Part shown: piece by piece, positions 28,787 through 37,487 of the stretch
Layout of the letters: every line of letters begins with the position of its first letter
Numbering within the stretch: position 1 is the stretch's first letter
DNA from: an uncultured Myxococcales bacterium
GTDB lineage: Bacteria; Desulfobacterota; Binatia; UBA1149; CAITLU01
Assembly (NCBI GenBank): GCA_964475235.1
Contig: CAYYVZ010000001.1
Coordinates: forward strand, 1 to 47,029
Direction of reading: 5' to 3'
DNA: 47,029 nt
Notes under the pieces: generated by a model
What the model was told of the DNA's origin: nothing
The model's database searches: none
What the model saw: only the letters and a program-made list of their open reading frames with translations
Made by a program: the position numbers and the translations under genes

Positions 28787-29830
28787 CTAGTCGCCGCCGG
28801 TCAACGTCACCGCCACCGCGACGTTCACGTTGCGTACGCGGTTGCCCTCGAGATCGGATGCGTCGTCGACGACGACGGTAAAGTTCGCGGGCACCGGAAC
28901 CGGGGTGTCCGGCAGGAAGGAGCACTCGGCGAGCTCCACCGGATCGTCGAATCCTTCGAGCGAAATGAAGCCGAGCTGAAGCTTGCTCGTGGCATCGTTG
29001 GCGTTCGGCGCGAAGAGCACCGAGTCGATGCTGCTCGCGCACTCGACTTCTGCCCCGTCTCCGACGAAGCGTCCGGGCGCCGACGTATAGTTCACCGTCA
29101 GCTGAAGCGCGCCGAGCGGCTCGACCGTCTGGTCGAGCAGGAAGCGGATGGCGATCGGCTCCTGGACGATGGTCGTACTGGTCGTCGTGCCGCTGGTCGA
29201 AGGGGTAGTCGCAACGGTCGTCGACGTGGTCGTGGTCGACGGCGGCCCGCACAGCGGGGAGTGCTGGCAGTTCGGGTCTTCGCAGTCCTCGAGGCCGTTG
29301 CCGTCGTCGTCGACACCGTTGTCGCAGTCCTCGCAGGAGCGCGGGTCCGCGTCCTCGTCGATGCAGAGCGGCGGGCCTCCGTCGCAACCGGCGACGGTGC
29401 ACACACACTGCGCGGTGCTCTCGGAGTTGATGTCCGAGACGTCGACCTCCGTGAACACGCACTGGAACAGGTTCGTGACGGCGGGGATCGTGCACCCGGT
29501 GATCGTCACGCGCAGCGCGTCGCCCGCGCCGAGCTCGGTGAACGTCGCCGTGCAGCCGCTCGTCGAGAGCAGGGCGTCGATCGAGCAGTTGGGTCCGCCG
29601 CTGGAGAGCCGCGCGAGGATCGCATCGGCGTCGGCGAGGTCCACGTTGACGATGACGCTGTTGCAGCTGCCGTCGCCGTTGATGCCGAAGAAGAGACGGA
29701 TCGCATTGCCGCCGCCTCCGCCGTCGCCGCTGCCGCCGCAGTGGGCAAGCGCAGCGGCCAGAGCGAACGCGAACGCACCGTTCGCAACTGTCCGGGCGCC
29801 GCTACGGATCGCGTGAAGCCAGCGAGTCAT
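28787..29830 (-). CDS. Secreted protein or probable lipoprotein: two copies of a beta-rich domain separated by a Cys/Asp-rich metal-binding-like motif and a Thr/Ser linker
   Basis: ATG at 29830. 'AFAFALAAALAHC' followed by the Gly-rich 'GGSGDGGGGG' gives an atypical lipobox (LAHC). 'CIDEDADPRSCEDCDNGVDDDGNGLEDCEDPNC' lies at 29249-29386 and 'PPSTTTTSTTVATTPSTSGTTTSTT' at 29171-29245. The N- and C-terminal domains share 'AIR(L/F)', 'C-x-S-ID', 'L(R/Q)-x5-G..........(Q/E)C-x-F'. Confidence 0.65.
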   Translation of the reverse strand: MTRWLHAIRSGARTVANGAFAFALAAALAHCGGSGDGGGGGNAIRLFFGINGDGSCNSVIVNVDLADADAILARLSSGGPNCSIDALLSTSGCTATFTELGAGDALRVTITGCTIPAVTNLFQCVFTEVDVSDINSESTAQCVCTVAGCDGGPPLCIDEDADPRSCEDCDNGVDDDGNGLEDCEDPNCQHSPLCGPPSTTTTSTTVATTPSTSGTTTSTTIVQEPIAIRFLLDQTVEPLGALQLTVNYTSAPGRFVGDGAEVECASSIDSVLFAPNANDATSKLQLGFISLEGFDDPVELAECSFLPDTPVPVPANFTVVVDDASDLEGNRVRNVNVAVAVTLTGGD

Positions 29831-29970
29831 GGAGATCCTCCGTCGCCGTGGGGCGTCCCGGCCGGGGCCCGCACCCCGCACGTCGTCGTTGCCACTTCGG
29901 TGGCAATGCCCCCCGGCACCGGAGGCCATCGTCGTCGCTGGACGACCAAAGAACAAGAGGCTTTCTCCGG

Positions 29971-31188
29971 CTACGGGCCCCCGTCCTTCTTCTGCCGGAT
30001 CGCATCCGTGGCGATCCGCTCGACGCGAGCGGCGAGGCGATCCCACGTGTGCAGCCTCGCTCTCTGCCGCGCGCGACGCGCAAGTTTGGCGCCGAGTGTG
30101 GGATCCGTCCGGATCAGCTCGACGTGTTCGGCGAGCCTGCTGGCGCTACCGGGCGGATGGAGCATCGCCGCCTGGCGGTGGGCAAACAGGCGCGGCAGCT
30201 CACCGCTGGAGCTCGCTGCGATCGGAACGCCGGCTGCGGCGTACTCCCAGACCTTCAGCGGCGAGAAGTAGAACGACGGAAGCGCGGGATACGGTGCGAC
30301 TCCGACGTGCATGCGCGCGAGCTGCCCGGCCACGGCCGACGGATCGATCTCGCCGGTGAGCTCGGCGAACGCGCCGAGCTGATGCTCGCTCAGGAAACGT
30401 TCGATCTCCCCACGCAGCGGCCCGTCCCCGACGATCAGCAGGCGATACGACTTCGACGCGCGGTGCAGCTTGCGGAAGGCCCGCAACAGCACGTCGATGC
30501 CGTGCCAGGGCTTGAGGCTGCCGACGAAGCCGACCACGAAAGGGTCGTCCTCCCGCCGCGCCGGGCGCGGCAACGGGGCGATGCGCGAGGTCGCGACGCC
30601 GCACGGTACGAGGCGCACCTTTCGGCGCGATGCTCCGTGAGCACGCGCGTAGTCCGCCAGATGGGCCGCGGTCACCAGCACGCGGTCGCTGCCCGAGAGC
30701 AACGCCGCTTCGATCGCCGCCGCCGCCGGCGCGAGCTCGAGCTCGCGATACTCGCGCTGCTGCTCCACCAGCGGCGCGTTCACCTCGAGAAGATGGGGAA
30801 CGCCGGACCGGCGAGCCCAGCGCAGGCCCGCGATCGACCACAGGGACTGCCGTTCGTAGACGAGGTCCGGCCGCGGCCTCAGCTCCGACAACGCCGTCTC
30901 GAGCGAGAGGTTCCGGAGAAGCGAACGTACCTCCTTCGACTGGCGCGAAGAACCGGCTTCGCCCGCTTTCTGCATTCGCGCCGTCACCTCCGCGAGCGAG
31001 GCGTCGGCCTGCAGGTCGACGATGCGTGCCGGGAACGATCGCGGCGCCGTGCCCGCGTTCGCCGCCAACAGCGTGACGTCGTGGCCGCGCGCCGCGAGCG
31101 CCACGAGCATCTCCCGCACGTGGGTGGAACTGCCGCTGAAGCCGAAGGGGTCGACGCCGCGATCGGCGCAAACGTACGCGATGCGCAT
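29971..31188 (-). CDS. Family 4 glycosyltransferase (GT-B fold)
   Basis: 'MRIAYVCADRGVDPFGFSGSSTHVREMLVALAARGHDV' and the EX7E region 'LKVWEYAAAGVPIAASSSGELPRLF'. It is a paralog of the 34544-35794 gene. An alternative ATG at 31218 would overlap the barrel gene. Confidence 0.8.
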   Translation of the reverse strand: MRIAYVCADRGVDPFGFSGSSTHVREMLVALAARGHDVTLLAANAGTAPRSFPARIVDLQADASLAEVTARMQKAGEAGSSRQSKEVRSLLRNLSLETALSELRPRPDLVYERQSLWSIAGLRWARRSGVPHLLEVNAPLVEQQREYRELELAPAAAAIEAALLSGSDRVLVTAAHLADYARAHGASRRKVRLVPCGVATSRIAPLPRPARREDDPFVVGFVGSLKPWHGIDVLLRAFRKLHRASKSYRLLIVGDGPLRGEIERFLSEHQLGAFAELTGEIDPSAVAGQLARMHVGVAPYPALPSFYFSPLKVWEYAAAGVPIAASSSGELPRLFAHRQAAMLHPPGSASRLAEHVELIRTDPTLGAKLARRARQRARLHTWDRLAARVERIATDAIRQKKDGGP

Positions 31189-31207
31189 TCCCCGCACGGC
31201 CTGCTCT

Positions 31208-32173
31208 TCAGAAGTCATAGGAAAGTCGCAGCGAACCGTCGTTGATGTCGTAGGTACGGTCGGCACGCGTGGAGTCGTTGTCGCGGTAGCGGTAGCGAAG
31301 GCGCAGCATCGTGGAAGGGATCCACGGGACCGGAACGTCGAGTCCCGCTTCGTAGGTATAGGCGTCGTCCTCGCGCCCGAAATTGCTGTTGCCGTCGCCG
31401 CTTTCGTCTTCTTCGTACCCGACGAGGAAGTTGCGCCACAGCTTCTCGAACCGGAAGATCAATCGCACGTCGGCGGGCAGATAGACGTCGAAGCCCGCGA
31501 GCAGCCAGATTTCCTCGCGGTCGAAGTTGGAGCTGATCGCATCGCGCGCCGAAAAGCCGACTCCGCCCCGTGGTGTCAGGTAGGAGGTCAGACGGTAGCG
31601 CAGGCCCGCCTCGACGGCCTCTTCGTAGAAGGATCGCTCCCGAAAGGGCGGGTCGTAGAACTCCGCGTCGAACTCGAGGTTGAGCACCGCCGTCCAGCGC
31701 TTCCTGTCGCCGAACTTCGAACGCAGCTCTGCCACGAGGTTGTGGACGTCGGCGAACGCATCGGCGGTGGCGGCCGGATCGACGCGCAGGTGGTCGGGAG
31801 ACAGCTGATAGCTGACGGTGAGCGACGCGAGGTCCCAGTCGTAGCCGAACGACGGGCCGAACTCGGCGTAGTCGCGGTTGTCGAAGGCGCTGTAAACGCG
31901 CGCTCGCATGAGTCCCCCGATGCGGTGCGGAAGCCAGCCGCGGGGGTGCCGTTGCCACTCGCCTTCGGCTTCGAATGTCGTGTACCAGGCTTCCTCCCGC
32001 CGCGCCTCGTCGGCGCGGACGTTGTCGGTGTAGCCTTCCTCGAGCGATACCGAGCCGTCGAGCCCCGGTTCGACGTCGCGCGCCCACGCGCCCGCCGGCG
32101 AAACGACCAGGGCGGCGGCGAGCGCGAGAGCCGCACGGAACGCTCGAGGAAGCCGGGCGGTGTTTCGCGTCAT
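31208..32173 (-). CDS. Outer-membrane beta-barrel protein, family unknown
   Basis: Signal peptide 'MTRNTARLPRAFRAALALAAALVVSPAGAWA'. Alternating amphipathic strands rich in Y/R/D/G. Terminal 'SLRLSYDF' with a C-terminal Phe typical of BAM substrates. ATGA overlap with the upstream GT stop. Confidence 0.65.
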   Translation of the reverse strand: MTRNTARLPRAFRAALALAAALVVSPAGAWARDVEPGLDGSVSLEEGYTDNVRADEARREEAWYTTFEAEGEWQRHPRGWLPHRIGGLMRARVYSAFDNRDYAEFGPSFGYDWDLASLTVSYQLSPDHLRVDPAATADAFADVHNLVAELRSKFGDRKRWTAVLNLEFDAEFYDPPFRERSFYEEAVEAGLRYRLTSYLTPRGGVGFSARDAISSNFDREEIWLLAGFDVYLPADVRLIFRFEKLWRNFLVGYEEDESGDGNSNFGREDDAYTYEAGLDVPVPWIPSTMLRLRYRYRDNDSTRADRTYDINDGSLRLSYDF

Positions 32174-33378
32174 TGCCGGGCCTCGCTCGCGAGCGAGAGC
32201 TGCTTGCGGACGCGGCGCGCGATTCGCGTGGCTCCCGCAAAATCGATCTCGGGCCGCGCTTGCGGACGCCAGCCGCCCTGTGCGCGCGCGAGCAACTTGC
32301 GGACGGCGGCTTCGAGCGAAGCCGCCGAGACTTCCTCCTGCGGCAGGACGTCGACGAGGCCTAGCCGCGCAAGCGCGTCGGCGCGCATCGTCTGTTCCGC
32401 ACGCGGCTCTGCGCGCGGAACGAGCAGCGCCGGCTTGGCGGCCGAGACGACCTCGCAGACGGTGTTGTACCCCGCCATGCTCACGCTCACGGTCGAGAGT
32501 GCGAGCAGCGCGGGGACGTCGGGGCTGAAGTCGCAGACGAGTACGCGCTCTCCGAGCGGCAGCAGACGGGCACGCAACTCGCGGCGCTCGGCGGCGGGCA
32601 TGTCGGGGCCGAGGAGCACGATCGAATCGATGCCGTCGCGCGCCAGCCCGGCAGCGGCGCCGGCCCACGCGTCCATCAGCGCGTAACCGTCGCCGCCTCC
32701 CCCGCAGCTCACGAGCACGCGCGGCCTTTCGTCGAGCCTCAGCTCGCTGCGCAGCCGGTCCACCTCGGCGTCCGCGCTCGAGCGTACGACGTATCCGCAG
32801 TAGCGCGTGCGGCGTCGCACCGATTCGGGGAAGTCGTAGAGCTCGGGCGGATCGAAGACGGCCTGGCACCCGGCGATCCAGATCTCGTCGTAGAACTCCT
32901 CGAGCACGGCCGCCATCCCCACTTTCTTCCAGTGCTTGACGATGTGATCGGGCTGGTCGAGCACGTCCCGCAGCGTGAGCGCGATGCGCGTCTGCGGCCG
33001 TCGTTCGCGCAGATAACGCAGCGTCGAGAGCAGCTCGCCGCCGACGCCGCGCGGCGCGTTGTCCACGACCAGCAGATGGGGATCGAACGCACGCACGACG
33101 GCGCGAACCAGATTGCGGCGGATGCGCCGCACGCGATCGAAGCTGATGCGAAGATGGCGCGAGCGGTACTCCTCGCGCCCCGACTTCCATACGCCCGGCA
33201 GCTTGACGAAGTCGACGCCCGCCGTTGCCTCGAAGGCGGCCGCCGAATCGAGACCCGTGAGCATCAGCACGGCGACGTCGTCGACGTGACGGGCGAGGTG
33301 GGACGCCAGCGTGAGGCTGCGCCGGAAGTGCCCGAGCCCGAAGGTGTCGTGAGAATAGAAGAGAATGCGCCGCTTCAT
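32170..33378 (-). CDS. GT-B glycosyltransferase (GT1/GT28 MurG-like; 'predicted glycosyl transferase' COG4671-type)
   Basis: 'MKRRILFYSHDTFGLGHFRRSLTLASHL', 'VLVSCGGGGDG', 'SVSMAGYNTVCEVVSAAKPALLVPR'. ATGA overlap at both ends. Confidence 0.7.
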   Translation of the reverse strand: MKRRILFYSHDTFGLGHFRRSLTLASHLARHVDDVAVLMLTGLDSAAAFEATAGVDFVKLPGVWKSGREEYRSRHLRISFDRVRRIRRNLVRAVVRAFDPHLLVVDNAPRGVGGELLSTLRYLRERRPQTRIALTLRDVLDQPDHIVKHWKKVGMAAVLEEFYDEIWIAGCQAVFDPPELYDFPESVRRRTRYCGYVVRSSADAEVDRLRSELRLDERPRVLVSCGGGGDGYALMDAWAGAAAGLARDGIDSIVLLGPDMPAAERRELRARLLPLGERVLVCDFSPDVPALLALSTVSVSMAGYNTVCEVVSAAKPALLVPRAEPRAEQTMRADALARLGLVDVLPQEEVSAASLEAAVRKLLARAQGGWRPQARPEIDFAGATRIARRVRKQLSLASEARQ

Positions 33379-34547
33379 CGAGTGGCCTCCTCGACGAGGG
33401 CGGGCGAAATGCGGCTCCAGCGCAGGTGGAGCCGGTACACGAAGGCGAGCCGCACGAGGCTCGCGCGGCGGTACCAGCGAGTCGCATCGGCGCGCGCCGC
33501 GCGTCCGTAGCCGCTCAGCGCGGCGAGCTCGAGCGCGCGGTGCGCGTCCCGGCGGTCCCACTGCAGGCCGCGCAGGAACAGGTGGGCCAGCAGGTTGCCG
33601 AGGTCGAGCTCACGGTCGCCGGTGCATCCGGTGTCGACGTCGAGCAGCCACAGGTGCGGGCCGTCGAGGAACACCTGCTTGTCGTAGAAGTCGCGGTGGG
33701 CGAATCCGCCCTTCGAAGGGCGCGGCGCCTGCGCTTCGAGCGCGGCGAGTACGGGCAGGGCCGCGCGGGCGAGCGCCGGATCGACGTCCGTCATCCATTG
33801 CGCCCAGGAGCGCAGGAGCTCGAGCTCGTCTGCGCTTCCGTGAACGCGGTCGCGAGGTCCGTCGATCCTCGAGTGGAGCTCGGCGAGCGCCTCGCCGACC
33901 GCGCCGAGCGCGTGCGCATCGGCCGACTCGGCAAGGACTTCGTAAAGGCTGCGCCCGGCGACGGGAGCCACGAGGTCGAGGCCGAGCGACTCGACGCTGC
34001 CGAGCGGCGCCGGGACGCGCATCGCAAGCGGAGACGTCGCCGCCGCGAGATCCTGTTGCAGGCGCCGACGCCGGCCGGGCTCGCGCTCGACGGAGATCTT
34101 GCCGTACGCGAGCGTCTCGCTGCCGCGGCGATAGCGGAACTGGCAACGCATTCCGGCACGATAAGCGGCGACGTCGCAGGCGTCGGCCTTCGCGCCGGCA
34201 ACGGCGCCGTGCGTGATCGACGGGTCGAGGCAGTCGCCGAGCTGGGGCAGGCGGTAGTCGAGCGGAAAGCGAAGCGCGAGAACGTCCTCGGCCACCATCA
34301 CCGCCCCCGATGGGTCTCGACGTGCGATGCGTCGCACGACCTTCTCGCCTTCGGCCGCGCCGACCACGCAGAGGGAGAGCCGCTCGCCGTCGTCCGCATC
34401 TCGATAGCAGACGTTGAGGTATCGGCCGGGTTTGGCCCACACGGACTCGACTTCGAGGCTCGGTGGGCCGGCCCGGCCCGCGAATCCGGCCAGCAGGGCC
34501 GAGGCCGCGCCGCCGTCGAGCAGGCGATGGACGGTTGCCGCGTTCAT
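33375..34547 (-). CDS. Kinase-fold protein (LPS-kinase Kdo/WaaP-like or APH-like phosphotransferase)
   Basis: 390 aa from ATG 34547. Catalytic-loop-like 'FAHRDFYDKQVFL' and metal-binding 'WLLDVDTG'. 'HRD-(C/F)-Y' is reminiscent of WaaP. The 904-aa ORF in the track is an upstream extension. Confidence 0.6.
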   Translation of the reverse strand: MNAATVHRLLDGGAASALLAGFAGRAGPPSLEVESVWAKPGRYLNVCYRDADDGERLSLCVVGAAEGEKVVRRIARRDPSGAVMVAEDVLALRFPLDYRLPQLGDCLDPSITHGAVAGAKADACDVAAYRAGMRCQFRYRRGSETLAYGKISVEREPGRRRRLQQDLAAATSPLAMRVPAPLGSVESLGLDLVAPVAGRSLYEVLAESADAHALGAVGEALAELHSRIDGPRDRVHGSADELELLRSWAQWMTDVDPALARAALPVLAALEAQAPRPSKGGFAHRDFYDKQVFLDGPHLWLLDVDTGCTGDRELDLGNLLAHLFLRGLQWDRRDAHRALELAALSGYGRAARADATRWYRRASLVRLAFVYRLHLRWSRISPALVEEATR

Positions 34548-35794
34548 CGGGCGCGCTTCTTTCCCGCGCCGGCCGTTCGCCGCGCCGTGCGCACGAGCGC
34601 GAGCACGCGTGTCGCGTTGCGTTTCCAGGTGTAGCGACGCACGAGCTCCTGGCGCGCGGTGCGCGACAGCTTCACCGCCAGCTCGGGGCGGCGGCGAAGC
34701 TCCCCGATCGACGCGGCGATCTCGGCGATCGCGCCGGGACGGTGGAGGAGCGCGCTCCGCCGGTGCTTCAGCACCTCGGCGATCTGGCCGACGCGGCTCG
34801 CGACGATCGGAGTCCCGGCCGCCATGTACTCGAAGATCTTGATCGGCGAGAAGTAGTCGGGCGCGTCTTTCGGATAGGGCGCGACGGCGACGTCCATGCG
34901 CGCGAGCAGGGCGGGGACTTCCTCGTGCGCCGCGGCCCCCGTGAACGTGACGGCGTGCGCGAGCCCCCACTCCGCGAAGCGCCGCTGGACGTCCTCGCGC
35001 AGCGGTCCGTCGCCGACGACGAGGAGGCGGTAGCCCTTCCAGCTGCGGTGCAGGCGCCGGAACGCACGGGCGAGGTCGTCGAGCCCGTGCCAGGGCTTGA
35101 GGCTTCCGAGGAATCCGATCGTGAACTCGTCGCGCGCGCGGTCGCGGCCGCGGCGGGACGGCCGAAAGCGCGCCGGATCGGCGGCGTTCGCGACGACGTG
35201 GACCGCGTGCTCGGCGGCGCCGCGCGAGACGGCGTAGGTTCGAAGGGCGGCCGACGGCACGATCACGCGGTCGGCCATGGTCAGCGTGTGGCTCTCGATG
35301 GCGGCTGCGAGCGACTCGTTCTCGAGCGCGCGGTAGCGTTTCTGCTCCGCGGGAAGCGGTGCGTTCATCTCGACGAGGTGGGGCAGCCCGTTGGCGCGCG
35401 CGAAGGCGCCGGCCGAATGACTCCATAGCGAGCAGCGCTCGTAGACAGCGTCGATTCGCCAGGCGGCGTGCAGCTTCTCGAGAGCGCGCGACATGTCGAG
35501 ATTGAAGAGGACGGCCGCCGTCTCGGCCGCCGCAACCGGCGAGACGAGGGTTCCTTCGCCGCGCGACAACGCCTGCCGCGTGCGGCGTGCAGAGCGACTG
35601 CCGCCGACGTCGACGACGTTGGCGGGCGTGCCGCCGCTGCCGTCGGCCACGCGCGCGGCGAGGATCCGCACTTCGGCGCCGCGCTCGCCGAGCGCGCGCA
35701 CCAGCTCGGCGACGTGCAGCGAAGCGCCCTTGTGACCGCCGATCGGCACGCCGCGGTCCGCGCAGACGTAAGCGATGTGGATGCCCCTGGTCAC
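34544..35794 (-). CDS. Family 4 glycosyltransferase
   Basis: GTG start at 35794 (GTGA overlap). 'IHIAYVCADRGVPIGGHKGASLHVAELVRALGERGAEV' and 'IKIFEYMAAGTPIVASRVGQIAEVL'. Confidence 0.8.
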   Translation of the reverse strand: MTRGIHIAYVCADRGVPIGGHKGASLHVAELVRALGERGAEVRILAARVADGSGGTPANVVDVGGSRSARRTRQALSRGEGTLVSPVAAAETAAVLFNLDMSRALEKLHAAWRIDAVYERCSLWSHSAGAFARANGLPHLVEMNAPLPAEQKRYRALENESLAAAIESHTLTMADRVIVPSAALRTYAVSRGAAEHAVHVVANAADPARFRPSRRGRDRARDEFTIGFLGSLKPWHGLDDLARAFRRLHRSWKGYRLLVVGDGPLREDVQRRFAEWGLAHAVTFTGAAAHEEVPALLARMDVAVAPYPKDAPDYFSPIKIFEYMAAGTPIVASRVGQIAEVLKHRRSALLHRPGAIAEIAASIGELRRRPELAVKLSRTARQELVRRYTWKRNATRVLALVRTARRTAGAGKKRAR

Positions 35795-37023
35795 GCCGTC
35801 GCGCGCTCCGTGGGCAGATGGCGCCGGAACATGGCTGCCAGCTCGGCGACGTTGCGACGCAGGTCGAAGTGGGCCTCGGCGCGCCGCCGCCCCGCCCGGC
35901 CCATGGCCTCGGCGCGCGCCGGGTCCGCGAGGATCTGCGCGATGGCACCGGCCAGGCCGCCGATGTCGCCGGGCTCGACGAGCAGCCCGTTTTCACCGTC
36001 GACGACGATCTCGGGAATGCCGGAAAGGCGCGTCGAGACGAGCGGAAGTCCGCAGGCCATTCCTTCGAGCAACGCGGTGGGGAGCGCATCGACGTTGCCG
36101 TCGGAGCCGACGACGCACGGCAGAGCCACCAGCGACGCCTGGCGAAGCCGCTCGGTGACCTGTTCGGTCGATACGGATCCGCAAAGCGTCACGACGTCAC
36201 CGAGGCCCCGCCGGGCAACGAGGTCGCGAAGCGACGACTCGAGGTCGCCGCCGCCGACGATGTCGCAGTGGAACGCGAGGCCGCGGTCGCGCAGCATCGC
36301 GCAGGCCTCGATGAGGACGTCGAAACCCTTCTTCTCGACCAGGCGGCCGATCGAGACGATGCGCGGCAGCTTGCGCGGTACCTCGGCCGGCGGGGGTTGG
36401 TTCGGGGAGAAGCGCTCGAGGTCGACGCCGTTGTAGAGCCGCACGATCCCCGCCGCTTCCGTTTCCTCGCACGCCATGAGCTCGAGCAGGTGGCGCCGGT
36501 TGTAGTCGGTCACCGTGACGACGAAGCGTGCGCGGCGGATCTTCCAGGCGAGCACGTCGCGATCGACGTCGCGGTGATAGATGTCCTTGGCATGGGCCGT
36601 CATGCTGAACCCGATGCCGCCGAGCTGCGCGGCGAGCAACGCGACGTGCCCGGCGCGCGATGCGAAATGGGCGTGCAGGTGTCCGACACCGTGGCGCCCG
36701 GCGAGAGAAGTCAGCGCGAGGCCGAGCCGCACGTACTTGCGCGGGAGGAGCGCGGGACGCTCGGCCTCGGCGATGTCGAGCAGGCGCGCGAGTCGTTCGG
36801 TAGCCTTTCGGACTTCCGCGTCGTCGACGACGGTTTCCTCGACGATCTCGACGGGTGCTGCGAGGTCGCGGAGGATCGCGTGGGTCACCGGAGCCGGGTT
36901 GCGGTGCAGCGAGAACACGACGGGGTGTTCGCCGAGTGCCTCGAGCGCGCGCACCTCGTTGATGACGAACGTCTCGGAAGTGCGTGGGAAGACTTTCGCG
37001 ACGTAAGCGATCCGGTGGCTCAC
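35791..37023 (-). CDS. Family 4 glycosyltransferase
   Basis: GTG at 37023 ('VSHRIAYVAKVFPRTSETFVINEV') overlaps the upstream stop (GTGA). 'IGRLVEKKGFDVLIEA' and 'LLEGMACGLPLVSTRLSGIPEIVVDGENGLLV'. Confidence 0.8.
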   Translation of the reverse strand: MSHRIAYVAKVFPRTSETFVINEVRALEALGEHPVVFSLHRNPAPVTHAILRDLAAPVEIVEETVVDDAEVRKATERLARLLDIAEAERPALLPRKYVRLGLALTSLAGRHGVGHLHAHFASRAGHVALLAAQLGGIGFSMTAHAKDIYHRDVDRDVLAWKIRRARFVVTVTDYNRRHLLELMACEETEAAGIVRLYNGVDLERFSPNQPPPAEVPRKLPRIVSIGRLVEKKGFDVLIEACAMLRDRGLAFHCDIVGGGDLESSLRDLVARRGLGDVVTLCGSVSTEQVTERLRQASLVALPCVVGSDGNVDALPTALLEGMACGLPLVSTRLSGIPEIVVDGENGLLVEPGDIGGLAGAIAQILADPARAEAMGRAGRRRAEAHFDLRRNVAELAAMFRRHLPTERATA

Positions 37024-37487
37024 GGGGTGGCTCCGGGGACAGTTTCCCTCGCCGGCGTGGGTACGGCGAGAGGCGTCGTGGTCTCCGGAGCCGGCGCGTC
37101 CGTGTTCGCGCCGGCCGTCCGCCGAGAGGGATCGGGGACCAGCCGGCACGCATGGTCTTCGCAGACGGCCTTCACGTCGTTGCGGCAGAGGTCGAGCTGG
37201 ATGCACACCGGTCGCGGGCGGCACGCGCTCTTGAGAAACAGCCGAAGCTCGTCGGTGTGCCAGCGGGTGACGGCGCCTTGCGCGCCGCCTTCGGAGCACG
37301 GGCAGCAGCCGATGCGATCGACGATCTTGCAGTCGTCGGCCGTCGCGCACCAGAACGAATCGAAAGGCAGGACGACGGGCTTGGTCGCCGCGGTGCCGTC
37401 GTGGAACGAGACGATTCCGAGGCCGAGCATCCCCGCGGTCAACAGCAGGGTCCCGACGGTGACGACCATGCTGCCACGCGAGGTCAT
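37020..37487 (-). CDS. Hypothetical membrane-anchored Cys-rich protein (155 aa, 10 Cys, Pro/Thr/Ala-rich tail)
   Basis: The ATG at 37487 overlaps the ABC exporter stop (ATGA), and its own stop overlaps the GT4 start (GTGA). TM 'MVVTVGTLLLTAGMLGLGIVSF', then 'WCATADDCKIVDRIGCCPCSEGG...ACRPRPVCIQLDLCRNDVKAVCEDHACRL', then the tail 'TDAPAPETTTPLAVPTPARETVPGATP'. It is hidden in the track inside a 757-aa off-frame ORF. Confidence 0.6.
   Translation of the reverse strand: MTSRGSMVVTVGTLLLTAGMLGLGIVSFHDGTAATKPVVLPFDSFWCATADDCKIVDRIGCCPCSEGGAQGAVTRWHTDELRLFLKSACRPRPVCIQLDLCRNDVKAVCEDHACRLVPDPSRRTAGANTDAPAPETTTPLAVPTPARETVPGATP

Noticed and set aside
28787-29830. A firm call of this gene product as a lipoprotein.
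   Set aside because: The residue before the Cys is His (LAHC), which is atypical for a lipobox. Signal peptidase I cleavage after ALA is equally possible, so the call is kept as 'probable'.
29888-29905. TTGCCAC-TTCG-GTGGCAA hairpin (7-bp stem) between the last GT4 gene and the lipoprotein gene, considered as a terminator or a sigma-54 element because it contains TGGCAA.
   Set aside because: The stem is short and has no U-tract. The TGGCAA has no GC dinucleotide at the required -12 spacing on either strand. It may still modulate read-through, but the evidence is too weak to annotate.
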